Positions 50,317-61,198 of a DNA stretch of 64,000 bases are shown one piece after another (positions within the stretch are counted from its first letter, which is position 1; each line of letters starts with the position of its first letter). The DNA comes from Deltaproteobacteria bacterium (lineage in GTDB: Bacteria > Bdellovibrionota > JACOXK01). The translations under genes and the position numbers were made by a program. Below the pieces are notes generated by a model, which saw only the letters and a list, made by a program, of their open reading frames with translations, had not been told where the DNA came from and searched no databases. The DNA lies in contig JACOXK010000057.1 of the NCBI GenBank assembly GCA_016182335.1, positions 706-64,705 on the forward strand, in the 5' to 3' direction.

Positions 50317-51601
50317 ATTAAGTTTGTTTTTTGTAGTTCTCTTTTTAGGCGTTGTAGGCATGGCTGTGTACTATGGTTTAACCTCTCAACAGGAAAATCT
50401 TTATTACGCTACATTGCAAAATACGGCTTTAATTCTCGACGAAGAAAGTTTTAATGAAAGTCGGCTTTTTGAAAGGGCCTCATTGATTGCCTCCCAGCGA
50501 ATTTATGCAAAGAAAAAAATAGCAAGCTCAAAGCTTCCGATCGAGGCGTTTATATCACTGAATCATAATAGTTTTTACTACTCGCATGGACCTGATCTGA
50601 TTAAACTTCACAATAAAAAAGAAACAAATATTACGTTGAATTTACAGAACGCTGAGTTCATTCGCGGTTTGGCTGTCGTAAATTCACAAGAGAGTCAACT
50701 GTGGGCCATTACTTCCTTAAGAAGACTTGTGAAAATTTCGATAGTGAATGTGCGGGCACAAGTTTCCACTATCTTTGAAAATTTCTTACCCAATAATATG
50801 GATGTAGAAGCCTTTTGGATTCATCCCAAAACGTCTCATCTTACTTTTGCTACCCATAACGAGAAAGATTCTTACATTGTTGAGTATGATCCAGAACATC
50901 TTGAAATTCCTTTTCAAGAACTCACACTACGCGGAATTGTGATGACGACAGGGTTTGATATGACAAGCCATTACAAGGCCCTTATTTCCAGAGAGGGCAC
51001 GCTGTACGTTTTGAACTGGGAGAAGAAAGAGATCTTTCATGCCTATAGGCAGGATTCAAAACAAATTGTTCAAAAGACTGAGCAGCCCTATGAGATTCAT
51101 TTAAGCAATGCGGGTCTTTTTATCACTCGCGAAAACCCGTCGTCCCAAAATTTTGAAATTTTAAGCCTTGGATGGGAAAAGTCATCAGACATTCTGGCGA
51201 TTCATACGCACATGTCGGATACAGCTGCCCTTAAAATTCAGTGGAAGTTTTTTAATAAAGCATTGAATTTTAAAGACCATCGTTTTTTTGTGTATTTGCA
51301 AGTAAAACCTAATGATCTACATCAAACATCAGTTGTAGGATTGGGACCGCTGAATACACAAGAAGTGGTGCTTCCATTGACGACAAAGTTTGAGGATATG
51401 AAAATGGCCAAGGTCCATCCAAACATGAGTCAGTTTACGCTGTCGCAGGTGCTTCACTATCAAAAAGAAATTCTCATGAAAGTAGCAGCCTTTGATCAAG
51501 CTGGGCGTGGAATTGCAAGTGTTCAAAATTTTCCATTAGGAAGAGAGCTAACAAGTGCTATGGCTGTTCCTAGCATTGTGAGGAGGCTCTTTTTACAATG
51601 A
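50297..51601 (+). CDS. Hypothetical membrane-anchored protein
   Basis: 434-aa ORF with an N-terminal TM. Confidence 0.7.
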   Translation: MIMKENKLSLFFVVLFLGVVGMAVYYGLTSQQENLYYATLQNTALILDEESFNESRLFERASLIASQRIYAKKKIASSKLPIEAFISLNHNSFYYSHGPDLIKLHNKKETNITLNLQNAEFIRGLAVVNSQESQLWAITSLRRLVKISIVNVRAQVSTIFENFLPNNMDVEAFWIHPKTSHLTFATHNEKDSYIVEYDPEHLEIPFQELTLRGIVMTTGFDMTSHYKALISREGTLYVLNWEKKEIFHAYRQDSKQIVQKTEQPYEIHLSNAGLFITRENPSSQNFEILSLGWEKSSDILAIHTHMSDTAALKIQWKFFNKALNFKDHRFFVYLQVKPNDLHQTSVVGLGPLNTQEVVLPLTTKFEDMKMAKVHPNMSQFTLSQVLHYQKEILMKVAAFDQAGRGIASVQNFPLGRELTSAMAVPSIVRRLFLQ

Positions 51602-51984
51602 TTCAGACGGCTTTGCATCCGCACTTTTACATGGCTCTATTTGCTCTCGTGACTTTGGGTGTTATCGGCATTTTATTCTCTTTTGCACTTTCAAGAAGGA
51701 AAAGTTTATTTAAAAATAAAGCTCATTTTTTAAATAAACCAGTTTCTTTATCAGAGCAGCAACAAGAGTTTAAGAAAACCATTGACGAGTCAAATCCTTT
51801 TGAGCTGCTGGGAGTGAGCGCTTCTTCAAATAGAGAGCATATTTTAAAAGCGTATAGAAAAAAACTAAAACTTTATCATCCAGATACTGTTTCTCACAAA
51901 GGTAAAAATTATAGCGAATTTGCAAAACAAAAAACGATACAATTGCAAAAGGCAAAAGAAGAACTTTTAAAAAAGTTAGGTTAA
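51598..51984 (+). CDS. Membrane-anchored J-domain protein
   Basis: TM followed by PFELLGV..KAYRK..YHPD. Confidence 0.85.
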   Translation: MIQTALHPHFYMALFALVTLGVIGILFSFALSRRKSLFKNKAHFLNKPVSLSEQQQEFKKTIDESNPFELLGVSASSNREHILKAYRKKLKLYHPDTVSHKGKNYSEFAKQKTIQLQKAKEELLKKLG

Positions 51985-52014
51985 TGAACCAATTGACAAA
52001 AGGAGGTTATTGTC

Positions 52015-52398
52015 ATGAATACGAGAAAAATATGGGATAATTTTGTGAAAAATGCAAAAAAGGTGGGAGATAAAACCTGGGGGTTTTCCAAAATTGCTGG
52101 AACTCGTGCAGTCGAGTTTGAGAAGATGAGCCCACTTCTGGCCAAGAAATTTAACATCAATAGAAATATGCATAAGCACTATGAACAACTTGGGCAAATG
52201 ACCTACGAAGTGTCAAAATTAAGAGAAGGAACGCAAGTACCACAAAATCCAGAAGTAAAGGAATTGCTTCATGAGCTTTCGGCATTAGAAAATGAACTTG
52301 AGGGAATTGAGAATCAAATCGATAAGCTCAAAATGCAGTATGATAAAAAAGTAATAGACCTTAAGTCAGACCAAAACAATAAAAAGTATTTTGGATAG
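52015..52398 (+). CDS. Hypothetical coiled-coil protein
   Basis: AAGGAGG RBS; heptad-like C-terminus. Confidence 0.7.
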   Translation: MNTRKIWDNFVKNAKKVGDKTWGFSKIAGTRAVEFEKMSPLLAKKFNINRNMHKHYEQLGQMTYEVSKLREGTQVPQNPEVKELLHELSALENELEGIENQIDKLKMQYDKKVIDLKSDQNNKKYFG

Positions 52399-52409
52399 AA
52401 ATAGGACTA

Positions 52410-52800
52410 AGAGAGCCACCTTGTAAGCCGGGTTCTGTTTCCCTTGATTCAAGGGAGACAATCATCTATCTGGAGAAGTCATTACTGACCTCTTCTTGCG
52501 GACGACCCAAAGAGATAGGAACGAGCAGCTCCCGGGGGTTAACCCTCTCTTTCGTTTGCCCTTGCACCAGGTGGGGTTTACCATGCCAAGTGAGTCACCC
52601 CACTTGCGGTGAGCTCTTACCTCGCCGTTTCACCTTTACCACACTAAATACAAACCCAAGCTGGGATGACCTTAATGTGGAAGTCTATTCTCTGTGGCAC
52701 TTTCCTTCAGGTTACCCTGACTGGACGTTATCCAGCACCCTGCTCTACGGAGCCCGGACTTTCCTCTAGAAATTCTAGCGATCGTCACCAGTAGCTCTCT
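52410..52800 (-). ncRNA. rnpB: RNase P RNA (type A)
   Basis: GAGGAAAGTCCGGGCTCC, GAAAGTGCCACAGA, GGTAAACCCC and ACAGAACCCGGCTTA; P1 agagagctac/gtggctctct. Confidence 0.97.
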
Positions 52801-53209
52801 TATCCAATTTAAAAGCAAGATTGGCGAGTCTATCAGCTTCGCTGTTAAGACTGCGCTCAATATGCTCAATCTTTATCGATGTAAAAAGAGTAAACTTCCT
52901 TCTAACCTCAAGATACAAAGGAAGCAAGCCCTCGTTTTTAATCTTATAAGCTCCGTTCAGTTGCATGACAATGAGCTCACTATCCATTCTAATAGATAAA
53001 TCCTTTATTCCCATCTCCAAAGCTCTTTCTAAGCCTAAAATCAACGCATTATATTCAGCCTGATTATTAGTCATTGTTCCCAAAAAAATGGATCCTTCAG
53101 AAAGAATATCTTTTTTAACGTTATAAAGAACAAATCCAGCGGCAGATGGTCCTGGGTTACCTTTGCACGCCCCATCAGTATATAGAATTGCTTTTTTAAT
53201 TTTTTTCAT
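52775..53209 (-). CDS. rnhA: Ribonuclease HI
   Basis: YTDGACKGNPG, TNNQAEY, DSELI and NSEADRLAN motifs. Confidence 0.9.
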   Translation of the reverse strand: MKKIKKAILYTDGACKGNPGPSAAGFVLYNVKKDILSEGSIFLGTMTNNQAEYNALILGLERALEMGIKDLSIRMDSELIVMQLNGAYKIKNEGLLPLYLEVRRKFTLFTSIKIEHIERSLNSEADRLANLAFKLDKRATGDDR

Positions 53210-54300
53210 ACAACTCTCCATGGACTTTTCTTTTCTGTGAAGGAGAAAACTGGAACATCAATTATTTTTTTAAGAACTTGAGCCAGAAAGTTTGCATATT
53301 CTTTTTCTGATGTAAAATGGTCCAATTCGATAAGATTATAGTGTCCTTCTATGGCACCCTGTACATCATGGTATTTTAGGTCTCCAGTGATGAATGTATC
53401 AATTCCCTGGCTAAGTGCTTCTTGGATGAGACTTGAACCACTGCCTGTACAAATACCAACTTTTTTCACAGTGGGAAGTCCGAAAGCCCCTCTTATCTGT
53501 TTTAATTCCCATATTTTTTTAACATGATTAAGAAAAGCTTTTACAGATACTTTTTTTGAAAGTTCGCCAAAACGACCCAATCCCTCCTTTTCTGAAAAAG
53601 ATTTCAACGGATAAACGTCGTAGGCCATTTCTTCATAAGGGTGCGCGTTCTTTGCTGCTTCTACGATGCAACTTAAAAGTTGTTTTGGTATTCGAAATTC
53701 CATCCTAATTTCGCAAACTTCTTCTCTTCTGCCACGGCTACCTAAATAAGGATTACTTCCTTCGAGGGGACAGAAAGTGCCGATGCCATCAATATTGTAA
53801 GAGCATTGAGAATAATTTCCAACTCCACCGCCACCAGCGGTAAAAATGGCAGATCTTACTTTTTCAGCATGAGAATGAGGGACAAAGATGACGAATTTAA
53901 AGTAATAATCCTTTTCAGGTCTGATGGGGGCAACATTTTTAAGGCCCAACTTTTGAGCGTAATTATCGGACAATGTTGGATATGCTTTATCAAGATTAGT
54001 ATGAAAACTTGCGACAGTTAAATCATGATCAAAAATAGTTTTTAATAGAAAATATTTAGGATGTTGAGAGTCCATTTTTTTTAATGGGTGGAAAAAAAGA
54101 GGGTGGTGCGAGAGAATAAGATTTGCATTTTTTGTTAGGGCATATTTTAAAGAGGATTTTGTTACATCAAGACAGGTTACAACCCCTTTAACTTTTGATT
54201 GGGTGTTGCCCATCTGAAGCCCCACATTATCCCAACTTTCAGCTAAAGAAAACGGGGCTATTTTTTCTGAAATTAAATTTATGAAATGTCCTACTTCCAT
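53206..54300 (-). CDS. Nif3-like dinuclear metal protein
   Basis: WDNVGL, SHHPL, HTNLD, HPYEE, GDLKYH and HFTSE motifs. Confidence 0.92.
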   Translation of the reverse strand: MEVGHFINLISEKIAPFSLAESWDNVGLQMGNTQSKVKGVVTCLDVTKSSLKYALTKNANLILSHHPLFFHPLKKMDSQHPKYFLLKTIFDHDLTVASFHTNLDKAYPTLSDNYAQKLGLKNVAPIRPEKDYYFKFVIFVPHSHAEKVRSAIFTAGGGGVGNYSQCSYNIDGIGTFCPLEGSNPYLGSRGRREEVCEIRMEFRIPKQLLSCIVEAAKNAHPYEEMAYDVYPLKSFSEKEGLGRFGELSKKVSVKAFLNHVKKIWELKQIRGAFGLPTVKKVGICTGSGSSLIQEALSQGIDTFITGDLKYHDVQGAIEGHYNLIELDHFTSEKEYANFLAQVLKKIIDVPVFSFTEKKSPWRVV

Positions 54301-54394
54301 TTTGAAGTGTGTATAACATTACTGGCACTCTGTCATCCATTGGTCTCCCACTCTCGTTTGACAGAAAATATAATAAAGATATTATTTCTATATT

Positions 54395-54667
54395 GTGGTC
54401 TTTGAGTGGAATCCAGAAAAATCAAAGAAAAATAAAAAGAAACATGGCGTTAGTTTTTATGAAGCTAAAGAAATATGGCAGTGGAAGAGATTGGATTTTC
54501 CAAACATTGCTTACTCTAAAGAGGGTGAAGCACGATCTGCTACGATAGGATTTGTAAAAGGAATCTTATACACAGCTATTTGGACAGCGAGGGGGACATG
54601 TATTCGACTTATATGTGTAAGGAGGGCACGAGATGGTGAAAAAAAAGCATTTTTTGAAAAAATTTGA
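54395..54667 (+). CDS. BrnT family toxin
   Basis: FEWNPEKSKKNKKKHGVSF..IRLICVRRA. Confidence 0.88.
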   Translation: MVFEWNPEKSKKNKKKHGVSFYEAKEIWQWKRLDFPNIAYSKEGEARSATIGFVKGILYTAIWTARGTCIRLICVRRARDGEKKAFFEKI

Positions 54668-54899
54668 ATCGACTGAAGAAATGGATAGGTTTTTAGAAAC
54701 TCACGATTTAGGAGATTATGTAAAAAAATATGGGAAAATAACGTATCCTAAAATCAAAAAAATTAATCTTGATCTTCCTGAGTGGTTTCTTAAAGAACTT
54801 GAATTAGAAGCATCTCGAGCTGGAATTGCAAGGCAGCCGCTGATTAAATTATGGCTTTTACAAAAACTGGATGAGGAGAGGAAAAAAAGGGGCACATAA
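54633..54899 (+). CDS. BrnA/CopG-like antitoxin
   Basis: Overlaps brnT; KINLDLPEW..GIARQPLIKLWL (RHH-like). Confidence 0.8.
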   Translation: MVKKKHFLKKFESTEEMDRFLETHDLGDYVKKYGKITYPKIKKINLDLPEWFLKELELEASRAGIARQPLIKLWLLQKLDEERKKRGT

Positions 54900-54925
54900 A
54901 AATAAAGAAAAAAAGAGCCCGCAGA

Positions 54926-55567
54926 TTATATTCCTAAAATAGATGATTCTTTTTGGAACCAAGCATTGTTCGAAAATGAGTATTCTGTAATTTTCCCTTC
55001 ACAATAATGCTCTGGATTAACCTCGTAAATTTTCCATTTTATAGGTGAACACATGACAACACCGTGTCCAGAAGAGCGCAGAGAAAGATCTATATTGCTA
55101 TCGTTATTGCCAATGTCATCCCCGCCTTTAGCCGTAGGCAATAGCGGGGATCCAGAGCGTGGCAATCTTATCCTTTCATACTTCTTATACTCCCTTAAAG
55201 ATATTTTCTTCTCACTCAACCAATAGGCAAGTCGAACTTCCTCTCGAGAAGAGAGCCACAGTGTTTGGAGGATTTCGTTATTATTTTGAATGAGCTGTGC
55301 TGGCCCCTCCCATCGAAATTGGATCATCTGTACCATGTCAAAATAGCAGCCGGATACAGAGAGATTATGCACAAGATCTTTCCATTTGTTTGATTCAACG
55401 TGCGCATTAAAGGCCATGGAGTTCTGTTCCTTAATATAGTGGCAATGAACAGTTCGCACTTGGGGATGGTCATGTTCATCAACTGTTGCCACTTGTCCAT
55501 AGGCGGGTAGGTCCTGACTGCAAAAGGCTCCAATGACTTGATTTTTGATTTCAAATGGTAATAGCAT
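54926..55567 (-). CDS. Pyridoxamine 5'-phosphate oxidase-like FMN-binding protein
   Basis: QVATVD..PQVRTV..SNK..QFRWEG motifs. Confidence 0.7.
   Translation of the reverse strand: MLLPFEIKNQVIGAFCSQDLPAYGQVATVDEHDHPQVRTVHCHYIKEQNSMAFNAHVESNKWKDLVHNLSVSGCYFDMVQMIQFRWEGPAQLIQNNNEILQTLWLSSREEVRLAYWLSEKKISLREYKKYERIRLPRSGSPLLPTAKGGDDIGNNDSNIDLSLRSSGHGVVMCSPIKWKIYEVNPEHYCEGKITEYSFSNNAWFQKESSILGI
55103..55168 (+). repeat. Nested family C inside family A element, in frame in the PNPOx-like gene
   Basis: gttattgccaa-[tgtcatccccgcctttagccgtaggcaatagcggggatccag]-agcgtggcaatct, read in the gene as RLPRSGSPLLPTAKGGDDIGNN. Confidence 0.88.
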
Positions 55568-55777
55568 TGTGAAGCCCTGTGCAGATCAACTATCAATGCG
55601 TACCTCAATTGTCCATCACATATTCTAGAGCGCAGTCGCGGCACCGAAGTTCTTATGACTTCCAGGTGATACTGATAATTGAAAAATCTGCCCCCACAGA
55701 GCGTATTTATACACCATGTTGCGATGTGGAGCACATATTGCGGTCGTTCAGTTTCATGATTTGATAATCTATTAAGA

Positions 55778-56209
55778 CTATTTAATTTCGCAAATCACTA
55801 GAACTTGAATATTCTTAAGACTTTTGCCATCTTTTTTTGCAGCAACAAATTTTGAGTCTACTGGTGTATAAACACTGAGGACTGCTCGTTTTCCGTCGGA
55901 ACTGGAAATGTAATTATAAGGAATGCCGATATTCATGAATATCTCGATACCGCCTTTTTCGCGTGCATTGATATTCACCGGACCCAAAGTCCAGGAAGAT
56001 TTAAAAAGCTCCGAGTCAATGGCAGCACTTACCTTAGCTTCTTTGAAGTCAAATAATAAAGTTTTGGTTCCTTCTCCTTCTTGTTGATTATCGGAATAGA
56101 CAACCTTGTCTTCGTATTGACATTCAAGAACACTGGCAGCAGCATTGGCCACTTGCAGACAAAAACTTCCCAGCGCCAAGGTTAAAACTAGATACTTGTG
56201 TAAAATCAT
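55778..56209 (-). CDS. Small secreted hypothetical protein
   Basis: CAGGAGG RBS and a signal peptide ending ANA. Confidence 0.75.
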   Translation of the reverse strand: MILHKYLVLTLALGSFCLQVANAAASVLECQYEDKVVYSDNQQEGEGTKTLLFDFKEAKVSAAIDSELFKSSWTLGPVNINAREKGGIEIFMNIGIPYNYISSSDGKRAVLSVYTPVDSKFVAAKKDGKSLKNIQVLVICEIK

Positions 56210-56393
56210 ACGACCTCCTGTTTAGTTAAAATACACCTGACGCATATCTATTGAGGGGCCATTAACGTGTCAATACGAAAGAATAAAAAAAAAGACAACT
56301 AATAAGCAATTTCCTCAAAGAATCTAGCAATTGAATGCGCTTGACATCAACCTCTGGCAGCGCGACAAGTGCTAGAAATTAAGGAGCAAATAA

Positions 56394-56762
56394 GTGGGAA
56401 AATTTGCAACTCATTATACTGATGAAGAGCTTGCTACTATCAAAGAGAAATGGCTCAAAGATAAAGAGCAAGTTGATAAAGAATATGAAGGCCAATATCA
56501 TTGGGATAGAGATAAGGCTTATGAGAAATATCTGAATAATGCAAATCTTAGGGCACTATTTAGATTTGCAGCATTTCTTTATAAAGGAATTTTTGAAACA
56601 GGTGATCTTAAATTATTTCCCAATGAACATCCAAAGATCATTGATGCCTATAGGAGGGTATTAGCAAATGGTTACTACGATCAATCCAAGATCCGTGAAA
56701 AAGAAGTCCGCAGGCACTTCGGAAATGCGGTCAAACGACAATATCGACCAAAAAATAAATAG
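56394..56762 (+). CDS. Hypothetical protein
   Basis: AAGGAG RBS, GTG start, 122 aa. Confidence 0.7.
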   Translation: MGKFATHYTDEELATIKEKWLKDKEQVDKEYEGQYHWDRDKAYEKYLNNANLRALFRFAAFLYKGIFETGDLKLFPNEHPKIIDAYRRVLANGYYDQSKIREKEVRRHFGNAVKRQYRPKNK

Positions 56763-56982
56763 TGATGAATACATAATTGAGGGGCGCATAGTAAAAGTTC
56801 CTCCTGAATCTAAGGAAGTGCTTGAAATGAGTGACGATGACCCCGGTCTTCGCCAATGGATGCAGGAGCAGGAAGAAAAATGGAAAAAGAAACATCCGAA
56901 TCTTACTCGAGAAGAAATGGATAAAAAAATTGATGCAATTCTAGAATCCGAAAAAGAGCTTCGAAAAAAATCGAAATACTAA
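56725..56982 (+). CDS. Hypothetical charged protein (start uncertain)
   Basis: Overlaps the previous gene; arrangement resembles a two-gene module. Confidence 0.55.
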   Translation: MRSNDNIDQKINSDEYIIEGRIVKVPPESKEVLEMSDDDPGLRQWMQEQEEKWKKKHPNLTREEMDKKIDAILESEKELRKKSKY

Positions 56983-57137
56983 CATTCATCTGTTTCCATG
57001 CCTTTCAGTCTTCTCCTAAATTCTCCACTGCTACCAGATATCCGAACGGTCGTTTTTGCAGCGTAATCAGATTCAATGTCTGGACTATGCGGAACTACAC
57101 AGCGTGAGATTTTTGTATGAACCAATGCCAATTTTAT

Positions 57138-57360
57138 TTTAAATTCCCATTTATAAATAAATGGGCCCAGTAGGACTTGGTCACTGGTCAAAATTTGCGG
57201 CGCAAATTTTGCCATCGACCCCGACTCGCCGACCACCCACAAGTGGGTACCCGGTCAGCTCCGTCTTTCAAGTCCTGCTGTAAAGTTGCCAACGCTGCGC
57301 TTGCTCGCGTTGGCTTTATTTAAATTCCCATTTATAAATAAATGGGCCCAGTAGGACTTG
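57138..57360 (-). repeat. tRNA 3'-end duplication (42-bp direct repeat) enclosing a structured element
   Basis: 57138-57179 equals 57319-57360 (tttaaattcccatttataaataaatgggcccagtaggacttg). Confidence 0.9.
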
Positions 57361-57416
57361 AACCTACGACCCACCGGTTATGAGCCGGTTGCTCTAACCA
57401 ACTGAGCTATGGGCCC
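57343..57416 (-). tRNA. tRNA-Ile2 (CAT, lysidine type); CCA not encoded
   Basis: GGGCCCATAGCTCAGTTGGTTAGAGCAACCGGCTCATAACCGG..GGTTCAAGTCCTACTGGGCCCA; located after rpoD. Confidence 0.9.
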
Positions 57417-57434
57417 CTCACAAAAATCCCTCGG

Positions 57435-59390
57435 TTAAGATTCGGTATTGCTACTACCCCCGCCTGTATTTTCATCTTCAAGAAAAGCTCGAAGTTTTTT
57501 ACTGCGGCTAGGATGTCGAAGTTTTCTCAATGCCTTAGCCTCAATCTGACGAATCCTCTCTCGAGTAACATTAAAGTCTTTACCGACCTCCTCTAAAGTA
57601 TGATCTGATTCTTCTCCAATTCCAAAACGCATACGCAAAACCTTCTCTTCACGGGGAGTTAATGTCGACAATATCCTTCTTGTTTGTTCTGAGAGAGAAA
57701 GGTTCATCATAGCTGTCGATGGGTTCACAACTTTTTTGTCTTCAATAAAATCACCTAAATGGCTGTCCTCTTCTTCGCCAATAGGTGTTTCTAAAGAAAT
57801 AGGTTCTTTTGCAATTTTCAAAACATTTCGCACTTTGTCCACAGGTAAGTCCATTTTTTGAGAAATTTCTTCTGGTGTTGGCTCACGCCCTAATTCTTGC
57901 ACCAAAATTCGAGAAGTACGAATGAGCTTATTGAGAGTTTCAATCATGTGAACTGGAATACGAATTGTTCGAGCTTGATCAGCAATGGCCCGAGTAATAG
58001 CTTGCCTAATCCACCAGGTCGCATAAGTACTAAACTTATAACCTCTTCTGTATTCAAATTTATCAACAGCTTTCATAAGGCCAATATTGCCTTCCTGGAT
58101 AAGATCTAAAAACTGCAAGCCCCTGTTTGTGTATTTTTTGGCAATACTTACAACCAAACGAAGATTTGCCTCAATTAATTCATTTTTAGCAATGTCTGCT
58201 TTTTGCTCAGCCGTTTTAATTCTGACATAAGTGTCTTTAAGTTTATCAATGGGTAAATTAGCTTCAACTTCGATTTGCTTAAAATCTTTTCTGATATTTT
58301 TTTTCTTTTTATCAAGTTGTAAAATTTTTTCCTCTGATAACTTTGTTCTGGCAAGGTGCTTTTGCACGTTTTTATCATCAGAACTTACAATTTTAATAAA
58401 CTGTCGAAACTCTAATTCGTTTTTAAATCGCGCCTTTCGCAGACAGTTTTGAATTTCCCTCTCACCATTGTTGATGACAGTTACATAATCTCGAAATTTA
58501 TCGACAATTTTGTTGATAGTCTTACGGTTCAAATTCAGTTTGCGAAATACTTTAACGACTTCTATCCTTTCTTCTGCAAGCTGGCTTCGCAAATCCAGGA
58601 GTTGCTTTTTCTTAAGACTGCGAATCGACATTTTGTTTTCAATTTCAGCGATTCGGTCCTGATAAGATTCAAGTTTTTTGATAGCTTTTAATGTTTTGTT
58701 AACATAGGTGTCTTCGTTCTCCATGCTGTCTTCTTCATCAACATCACGCAGAATATCTCGAATGCGAATCTTTCTTTTTTTAAGTCTTTCGCCCAAGTGT
58801 AAAATTTCATTGATGCCGATTGTGGAGCCCAAAACGATGTCCAAAACTTCAATTTCACCTTCTTCAATTTTTTTCGCAATATCGACTTCCCCAGTTCGAG
58901 TGAGGAGTGAAACAGATCCCATTTTCTTTAAGTAAAGTCGGACCGGGTCATTGGATTTTGCAGAAGTATCCTCTTCATACTCATAAACTTCTTCTGTTTC
59001 TGCAGCGTCATCCTTTGTTTTTTCAAATTCATCTTCACTTTCAACGACGTTGATCTCCATTTCATCAAACATATGCATAACTTCATCAAGGGCCTCTGTG
59101 GAATCAACATCCTCGGGCAAGGCTTTATCGATTTCGTCATAGGTGAGAAACTTCTTCTCTTTTCCAAGGTCGACTAACTTTTGAAGGTTTTTGCTTTTTT
59201 TGAAATCAAGAAGTCCCTTGGATTTTTCCCCTTGGGCTCCAAGATCTTGTTTTTTACCCACTTGCAATGGATCCTTCTCTTTTGAAATTTTTCCTTTCTT
59301 TTCATGGGAAGTTTTTGTAGAGTTTTTTTCGTTCTTTTTGTTAATCTTCACCGTGTGAGCTCCTATTTTTTTCTTTTTTGTTTCTTTCAT
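57435..59390 (-). CDS. rpoD: RNA polymerase sigma factor RpoD
   Basis: [33 protein letters not shown] and TRERIRQIE motifs. Confidence 0.98.
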   Translation of the reverse strand: MKETKKKKIGAHTVKINKKNEKNSTKTSHEKKGKISKEKDPLQVGKKQDLGAQGEKSKGLLDFKKSKNLQKLVDLGKEKKFLTYDEIDKALPEDVDSTEALDEVMHMFDEMEINVVESEDEFEKTKDDAAETEEVYEYEEDTSAKSNDPVRLYLKKMGSVSLLTRTGEVDIAKKIEEGEIEVLDIVLGSTIGINEILHLGERLKKRKIRIRDILRDVDEEDSMENEDTYVNKTLKAIKKLESYQDRIAEIENKMSIRSLKKKQLLDLRSQLAEERIEVVKVFRKLNLNRKTINKIVDKFRDYVTVINNGEREIQNCLRKARFKNELEFRQFIKIVSSDDKNVQKHLARTKLSEEKILQLDKKKKNIRKDFKQIEVEANLPIDKLKDTYVRIKTAEQKADIAKNELIEANLRLVVSIAKKYTNRGLQFLDLIQEGNIGLMKAVDKFEYRRGYKFSTYATWWIRQAITRAIADQARTIRIPVHMIETLNKLIRTSRILVQELGREPTPEEISQKMDLPVDKVRNVLKIAKEPISLETPIGEEEDSHLGDFIEDKKVVNPSTAMMNLSLSEQTRRILSTLTPREEKVLRMRFGIGEESDHTLEEVGKDFNVTRERIRQIEAKALRKLRHPSRSKKLRAFLEDENTGGGSSNTES

Positions 59391-61159
59391 AATTTTTTTT
59401 GAGTTTTACCTTCCTCCTTTAATTTTTTTTGCTGCAAAACCAAATTCTGATAGGCCTGCAATATTTTAGGATCATCCTCTTTTTTCAATTCTGTAAGTAG
59501 TTGGCTTTGTACACGAATCAAAAATCGCAAGCGAATTTTTTTACAACAATCATTAACCAGTCTTTCGCCAAGGCTTTGAAGAGATGCCTCCAGGAGAAGA
59601 CGTGCAACAAAAGATGGTTGATCACAGAGCCCTACTATATCGGAACTTTTGAAATTTTCTTTTTCAACATAAAGTTTCATGAGAAGCTCAGCCACCCGTC
59701 TTAATTCTGAGTGAGAAATCAAATCAATAATATCCGCCTCCCGAATCAAGTCGATAAACTTTTTATCTTGAAGCAAGGCTAGCACAACTGTTTTTTCTGA
59801 CATATCCATTGAATTAACTTCAGATTTTGGAATAGATTTGCTCTCGGGCAGTCGCTGGCTGTGTTTCATTCGATCCATTAACAGATGAACCCTATTTTCT
59901 TCAATGTCTAATCTTTCTGCAATTTCTTTAATATAGAGATTTCTCTGAATGAGGTGGGGGACCTCTTGAACATAAGGTAAAATTTCATCTAAAACTTTTG
60001 ATTTTCCAGTAATAGAATTTCCACAGTCTTGTGACAATGAATCAAGCAGATAGAGCACATAATCTTTTGAGTTCTTAATTAATTTCAAGAGTTTTTCTGC
60101 GCCATATTTTTTAATGTAATCGTCTGGGTCCAAGCTATCAGGAAGAATAACAATTTGTCCGCTCATTTCTTCTTTTAATAAAAGGCTTAAACTGCGTTTT
60201 ACAGCTTCAATACCTGCCTTATCGCCATCAAAAAGCATTATGATGCTACGAGTATAACGTTTGATCAACCGGATTTGATCTTGTGTCAAAGCCGTGCCTA
60301 AGGGAGCCACAACGTTTTTAATGCCTTTGTCGTAAAGGGAAAGAACGTCAAAATATCCTTCGACAACGATCACAGAATCATTTTCAGCAATATGTGCTCT
60401 GGCCTGTGCCAATCCGTACAGATTAAGACTTTTATTATAAACGGGAGAATCCTTAGAATTGAGGTATTTTGGCTGCCCTTCTTTTTCTAGTGTTCTTGCA
60501 CCAAAGCCCACAATATTTAGGTGAGTATTCTGAATGGGAAACATAAGCCTATTTCGAAAGTAATCATAGATGTTATCATTATTTTTTGACACAGCAGCTA
60601 ACCCTGATTCTAAGATAAGGTCACGAGAAACTTTCTTTTTCAAAAGAGCTCCCGATAAAAACTGCCACAAATTTGGAGAAAAGCCCAGTTTAAATTCTTC
60701 TCTTGTCTTCATTCCAATGCCTCGGTTTTCAAGGTAATGCCTGGGCTCTAAGGCGTTTGCATCCTTCATAAGGTATCGGTGATATTGTTCCATTCCCCAT
60801 CGATTCATTTTTAAAATGGTTTCTTTTTTGTTCTGAGTTTCTGTTTGTTTCTTTTCATTTCTATCGTCGTTTTCAATTTTAACCCCTGCCTTGGGTGCCA
60901 GTTTTTTCACTGCTTCCACAAAAGAAAGGGATTCAACTTTCATGAGAAATGTAAAAACATTACCCCCTGCACCACAGCCAAAACAATGAAAAATCTGCTT
61001 TTCAGAGCTTACTACGAAGGACGGAGTCTTTTCGCCATGGAAGGGGCATAGTCCCTTAGAGTTTCTCCCCGCCGATTTCAAACTTATGTATTCAGAGATC
61101 ACATCGACAATATCAAGTCGCTCTTTGATAAGATCAATTTGATCTTCTGGTATCATCAT
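59387..61159 (-). CDS. dnaG: DNA primase
   Basis: [22 protein letters not shown] and FDGDKAG motifs. Confidence 0.97.
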   Translation of the reverse strand: MMIPEDQIDLIKERLDIVDVISEYISLKSAGRNSKGLCPFHGEKTPSFVVSSEKQIFHCFGCGAGGNVFTFLMKVESLSFVEAVKKLAPKAGVKIENDDRNEKKQTETQNKKETILKMNRWGMEQYHRYLMKDANALEPRHYLENRGIGMKTREEFKLGFSPNLWQFLSGALLKKKVSRDLILESGLAAVSKNNDNIYDYFRNRLMFPIQNTHLNIVGFGARTLEKEGQPKYLNSKDSPVYNKSLNLYGLAQARAHIAENDSVIVVEGYFDVLSLYDKGIKNVVAPLGTALTQDQIRLIKRYTRSIIMLFDGDKAGIEAVKRSLSLLLKEEMSGQIVILPDSLDPDDYIKKYGAEKLLKLIKNSKDYVLYLLDSLSQDCGNSITGKSKVLDEILPYVQEVPHLIQRNLYIKEIAERLDIEENRVHLLMDRMKHSQRLPESKSIPKSEVNSMDMSEKTVVLALLQDKKFIDLIREADIIDLISHSELRRVAELLMKLYVEKENFKSSDIVGLCDQPSFVARLLLEASLQSLGERLVNDCCKKIRLRFLIRVQSQLLTELKKEDDPKILQAYQNLVLQQKKLKEEGKTQKKL

Positions 61160-61198
61160 TATTAATTACTTAATGATTTATTTTTTTTGATGAATTAA

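Noticed and set aside
52672..52869. 65-aa minus-strand ORF
   Set aside because: It overlaps rnpB and rnhA and is a translation of the RNA gene.
56979..57242. 87-aa minus-strand ORF
   Set aside because: It begins inside the tRNA-tail repeat, with no RBS or recognisable motif.
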